DNA from: Sedimentisphaerales bacterium
GTDB lineage: Bacteria > Planctomycetota > Phycisphaerae > Sedimentisphaerales > Anaerobacaceae
Direction: 5' to 3'
Length of the DNA stretch: 64,000 bases
Assembly (NCBI GenBank): GCA_963708075.1
Contig: OY970194.1
Span: 2,560,001 to 2,624,000 of the forward strand
Below the pieces are notes generated by a model, which did no database searches, was not told the DNA's origin, and saw nothing but the letters and a program-made list of their open reading frames with translations. Of the stretch, positions 61,325 through 64,000 are shown in pieces (the stretch's first letter is position 1; the number at the start of each line of letters is the position of its first letter). Made by a program: the position numbers and the translations under genes.

Positions 61325-62551
61325 TCAGGGGGTGGTCGCCGGGCCGAGGATGTACTGCGTGTAACTGTTCAGATCGATTTGACGAATGAACGAGTTGACC
61401 TGGCCTGCCTCCACCGCCTTGACCGCCTCCACATCCCGCTCGATGGAGCGATACTCGCCCAGGTACATCCAGTGAAAGCCCAGATCGACCAGGCGGCCCA
61501 TCGGCACTTCGTTCTTGATTACCAGCGCGCTGAGAACCTTGTTCTTCGCCTTGGCCAATTCCTCGTCAGCGATTCCTTTCTCGGTCAGGTCGCGGAAGAT
61601 GCCGTTGACGATGTCCATCACCCTGCCGGCATTTTCCGTGCCGGAGCAGAGATAAGTGTAGAACAGGCCGGTCCCGTCCATCGGACCGAAGTGCATCGCC
61701 GCCTCCTCGACGAGGGCCTTGTCCACCAGCTCCCAGTAGAATCGCGAGCCATAGTCATCGCCGATAATGAGGCTCAGCATCGCTGCGGCGAACCGCCGCG
61801 GGTCCTGGGCGGAGACGCCCGTGTGGATCAAGCAGATGTGCTCGCGTTTCAGGTTCGCCTTGTCGGCCCGCGCCTTCTGCTTCGTGCCCGGGAAATCGGA
61901 CAGCGGCCGCTCCACCGCCTGCGCCGGCCATCGGCCTGCCGTCGCCTCCAATGTCGCGACAAACCGGTCCCAATCAAAATTCCCCGTGCACGCGACGACC
62001 ATGTTGTTCGGGGCGTAGCGATTCGAGAAGTACTCGCGCATCTGTGCCGCCGTCAGAGCATCGATCGTTTCCGCGGTCCCGAGGACACTGCGTCCACATG
62101 GGTGCGTTCCGAAATGCAGGCTGCGGCACCGGTCCACTACGTCGAACGTCGGCGCATCCTGGTACATCGCGATCTCTTCCTTGATGACGTTCTTCTCGAT
62201 GTTGAAGTCTTCATCGCGCAGCGCCGGCCGCATCAGCTCCGCCCACAACTCCGTGACATCGATCAGGTACTCCGGCAGCACGGCGGCGTAGAAGACCGTC
62301 TGCTCTTCGCTGGTGAAAGCGTTGAACTGCGCGCCGCGGCTGTCGAATGCCTCGTTGACCTCAAGAGAGTTGAGCCGCTCCGTGCCCTTGAACAGCATGT
62401 GCTCCAGGAAGTGCGACACACCGTTGATCTGCAGGCTTTCGTCCCTCGCCCCGGCCCGGACGAAGAACCCGATGGCCGCGGATTTTGCCGCCGGATTGAT
62501 CTCCCCGATCACGACAAGACCGTTGGGCAGTGTTTTCTGCTGAAACTGCAT
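61325..62551 (-). CDS. M16B peptidase, catalytic subunit
   Basis: LPNGL, SHFLEHMLFKGT inverted zinc motif, NAFTS, EKNVIKEEI. Confidence 0.93.
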   Translation of the reverse strand: MQFQQKTLPNGLVVIGEINPAAKSAAIGFFVRAGARDESLQINGVSHFLEHMLFKGTERLNSLEVNEAFDSRGAQFNAFTSEEQTVFYAAVLPEYLIDVTELWAELMRPALRDEDFNIEKNVIKEEIAMYQDAPTFDVVDRCRSLHFGTHPCGRSVLGTAETIDALTAAQMREYFSNRYAPNNMVVACTGNFDWDRFVATLEATAGRWPAQAVERPLSDFPGTKQKARADKANLKREHICLIHTGVSAQDPRRFAAAMLSLIIGDDYGSRFYWELVDKALVEEAAMHFGPMDGTGLFYTYLCSGTENAGRVMDIVNGIFRDLTEKGIADEELAKAKNKVLSALVIKNEVPMGRLVDLGFHWMYLGEYRSIERDVEAVKAVEAGQVNSFIRQIDLNSYTQYILGPATTP

Positions 62552-62555
62552 CGCT

Positions 62556-63788
62556 TTATCCAAAACGGAGCTCCCTGGGCCCGATGGTGACCACCGTAAA
62601 GTCCTTGAACGGATTGCTTCTGAGAAAGCCGAGCACAGACCCGACACTGCGGGCCTCAATCTTTTCCTTGACTTCGTCCAGCGTCCGCACCCTGCCAAGC
62701 ATGTAGTAGTCGCTGCCGATGGAGCCGGACCGGCTGCTGGACGACTCGCTCTGCATGATCAGCGCAGATTTGAGGCCGATCTTGGCCCGCTCCAGCTCCG
62801 GCTCGCTGATCCCCTCCGCCAGCCGGTTGAACTCGCTCAGGATGACGTCGAGTGTTTCCTGGGCCTTGTCCGGCGTGGTTCCGGCATAGCACGAGATCCC
62901 CGCCGCCTCCTTGAGCGAGTGGTACCTGGCGCCGATGGCGTAACACAGGCCTCGCTTCTCGCGGACCTCCGTGAACAGGCGCGAGCTCATGCCACCCGAC
63001 AATACGGAGACCGCCGCCCTGGTGTCATAGTACCCCTCGTCCACGAACCTGGCGGTAGGAGTCATCAGCCCGATATGCACCTGCGCACCGTCGTGGGGGA
63101 TATGCGTGTACCTTGGCCCACGCGGCCCGACCACAATCGGGCTCAGCGGCTCGCCCTGCTGCGGCCCGAACACGCTCTCGACCTGCCGGCAGACGGCGTC
63201 AAAATCGTACTTGCCTGCCACGGAGAAGATCACCCGTGGAATGTTGAGGTAATTTTTGGCGAGTTCCCGGGTTCTTGCAGCGGTCAGCGTCTGCAGGTCG
63301 CCAAGCTCGCCCGCCGTGCTGCGACCCAGGGGGTCGGGATAAAACCGCTTACGCAGCTCCAGCATCACTTTCTGCCGGGGCTCATCGTCCAGCCCATGCA
63401 GTTCCTCGATCACGAGCTGTCTGGCCGGCTCGAACTGTTCGTCACTCAAGTGAGGATTGAGAATAATGTCGGAGTACAAGGCCAGCGCCTGTGCGAGGTT
63501 GCTCGACTCCAGGGCGGCCCCGATGTACATGTGCGAGCTGCCGACGGAACTTGATCGGTGCAGCCCCAGACCATCCAGGGCATCGCCGAGCTTACGGCTA
63601 TCCCAGGGCCCCGCCCCGCGGAAGATCCAGTCGGAAATGATGTTCGCCGCCCCGCAACAGCCTGGTGGCATCCATGCCACCCCCGCCGGGAGCATGAAGT
63701 CGAACGCCACAGACTCCACCCCTGCCATCGGCTCGCCCAACAGCACCATGCCGTTCGCCAGCACGTACGTATCTATCCGCTGCTCCAT
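62556..63788 (-). CDS. M16B peptidase, non-catalytic partner subunit
   Basis: LANGM start, no HxxEH, GGMSSRLFTEVREKRGLCY. Confidence 0.9.
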   Translation of the reverse strand: MEQRIDTYVLANGMVLLGEPMAGVESVAFDFMLPAGVAWMPPGCCGAANIISDWIFRGAGPWDSRKLGDALDGLGLHRSSSVGSSHMYIGAALESSNLAQALALYSDIILNPHLSDEQFEPARQLVIEELHGLDDEPRQKVMLELRKRFYPDPLGRSTAGELGDLQTLTAARTRELAKNYLNIPRVIFSVAGKYDFDAVCRQVESVFGPQQGEPLSPIVVGPRGPRYTHIPHDGAQVHIGLMTPTARFVDEGYYDTRAAVSVLSGGMSSRLFTEVREKRGLCYAIGARYHSLKEAAGISCYAGTTPDKAQETLDVILSEFNRLAEGISEPELERAKIGLKSALIMQSESSSSRSGSIGSDYYMLGRVRTLDEVKEKIEARSVGSVLGFLRSNPFKDFTVVTIGPRELRFG

Positions 63789-64000
63789 GCTCACCCGCAA
63801 AAGTTGTCCCTATGTCCACCCTGCGAACCGCCACGGATCCACTAGAGGCACTGCATTCTAACAACACCCATGCCCCCCTACAATCAGGATTTCCCCAACG
63901 GGCCATGGTGGATCTGTCTCCCCTGATTATACAAGTACGGCGTATCCACACGGCAACGAGGGTGAGCATCCCAGCGCTTCCCGCTTTCGCGGGAATGATA

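Noticed and set aside
61325..63788. M16 pair with one inactive subunit as a novelty
   Set aside because: Heterodimeric M16B pairs are common in bacteria.

Overview
High-GC bacterial chromosomal window, most consistent with a planctomycete of the Phycisphaerae/Sedimentisphaerales type. This is inferred from Tat-exported sulfatases, a dockerin-like C-terminus, GspG-like proteins and an ECF sigma factor with a giant extension. Layout: (1) 1-24.9 kb backbone with gpsA, hflX, rpsU, a PL11/glycosidase cluster, PadR plus target, the ECF fusion, a collapsed type IIG restriction-modification (R-M) remnant and a six-copy AAACAAAGCCAATT repeat. (2) A ~16.3 kb island at 25.0-41.3 kb, bounded by tRNA-Ser(GCT) and a degenerate copy of its 3' part. 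It carries arnBCAD, four ArnT-like transferases and a divergent OmpR-type two-component system. (3) An integrase stub followed by a ~13 kb co-oriented putative immune locus: TIR adaptor, MoxR AAA+, vWA, TIR-STAND-TPR, a SLATT-like membrane protein, a calcineurin-like phosphoesterase and a CHAT protease with a TPR-S-like tail. (4) 55-64 kb backbone with DUF362, two sulfatases and an M16 peptidase pair. Eight frameshifts interrupt otherwise intact genes. Four of them sit on the same heptamer GAGAACC/GGTTCTC, suggesting motif-linked base-calling errors rather than gene decay. All family calls come from motifs read by eye; no searches were run.
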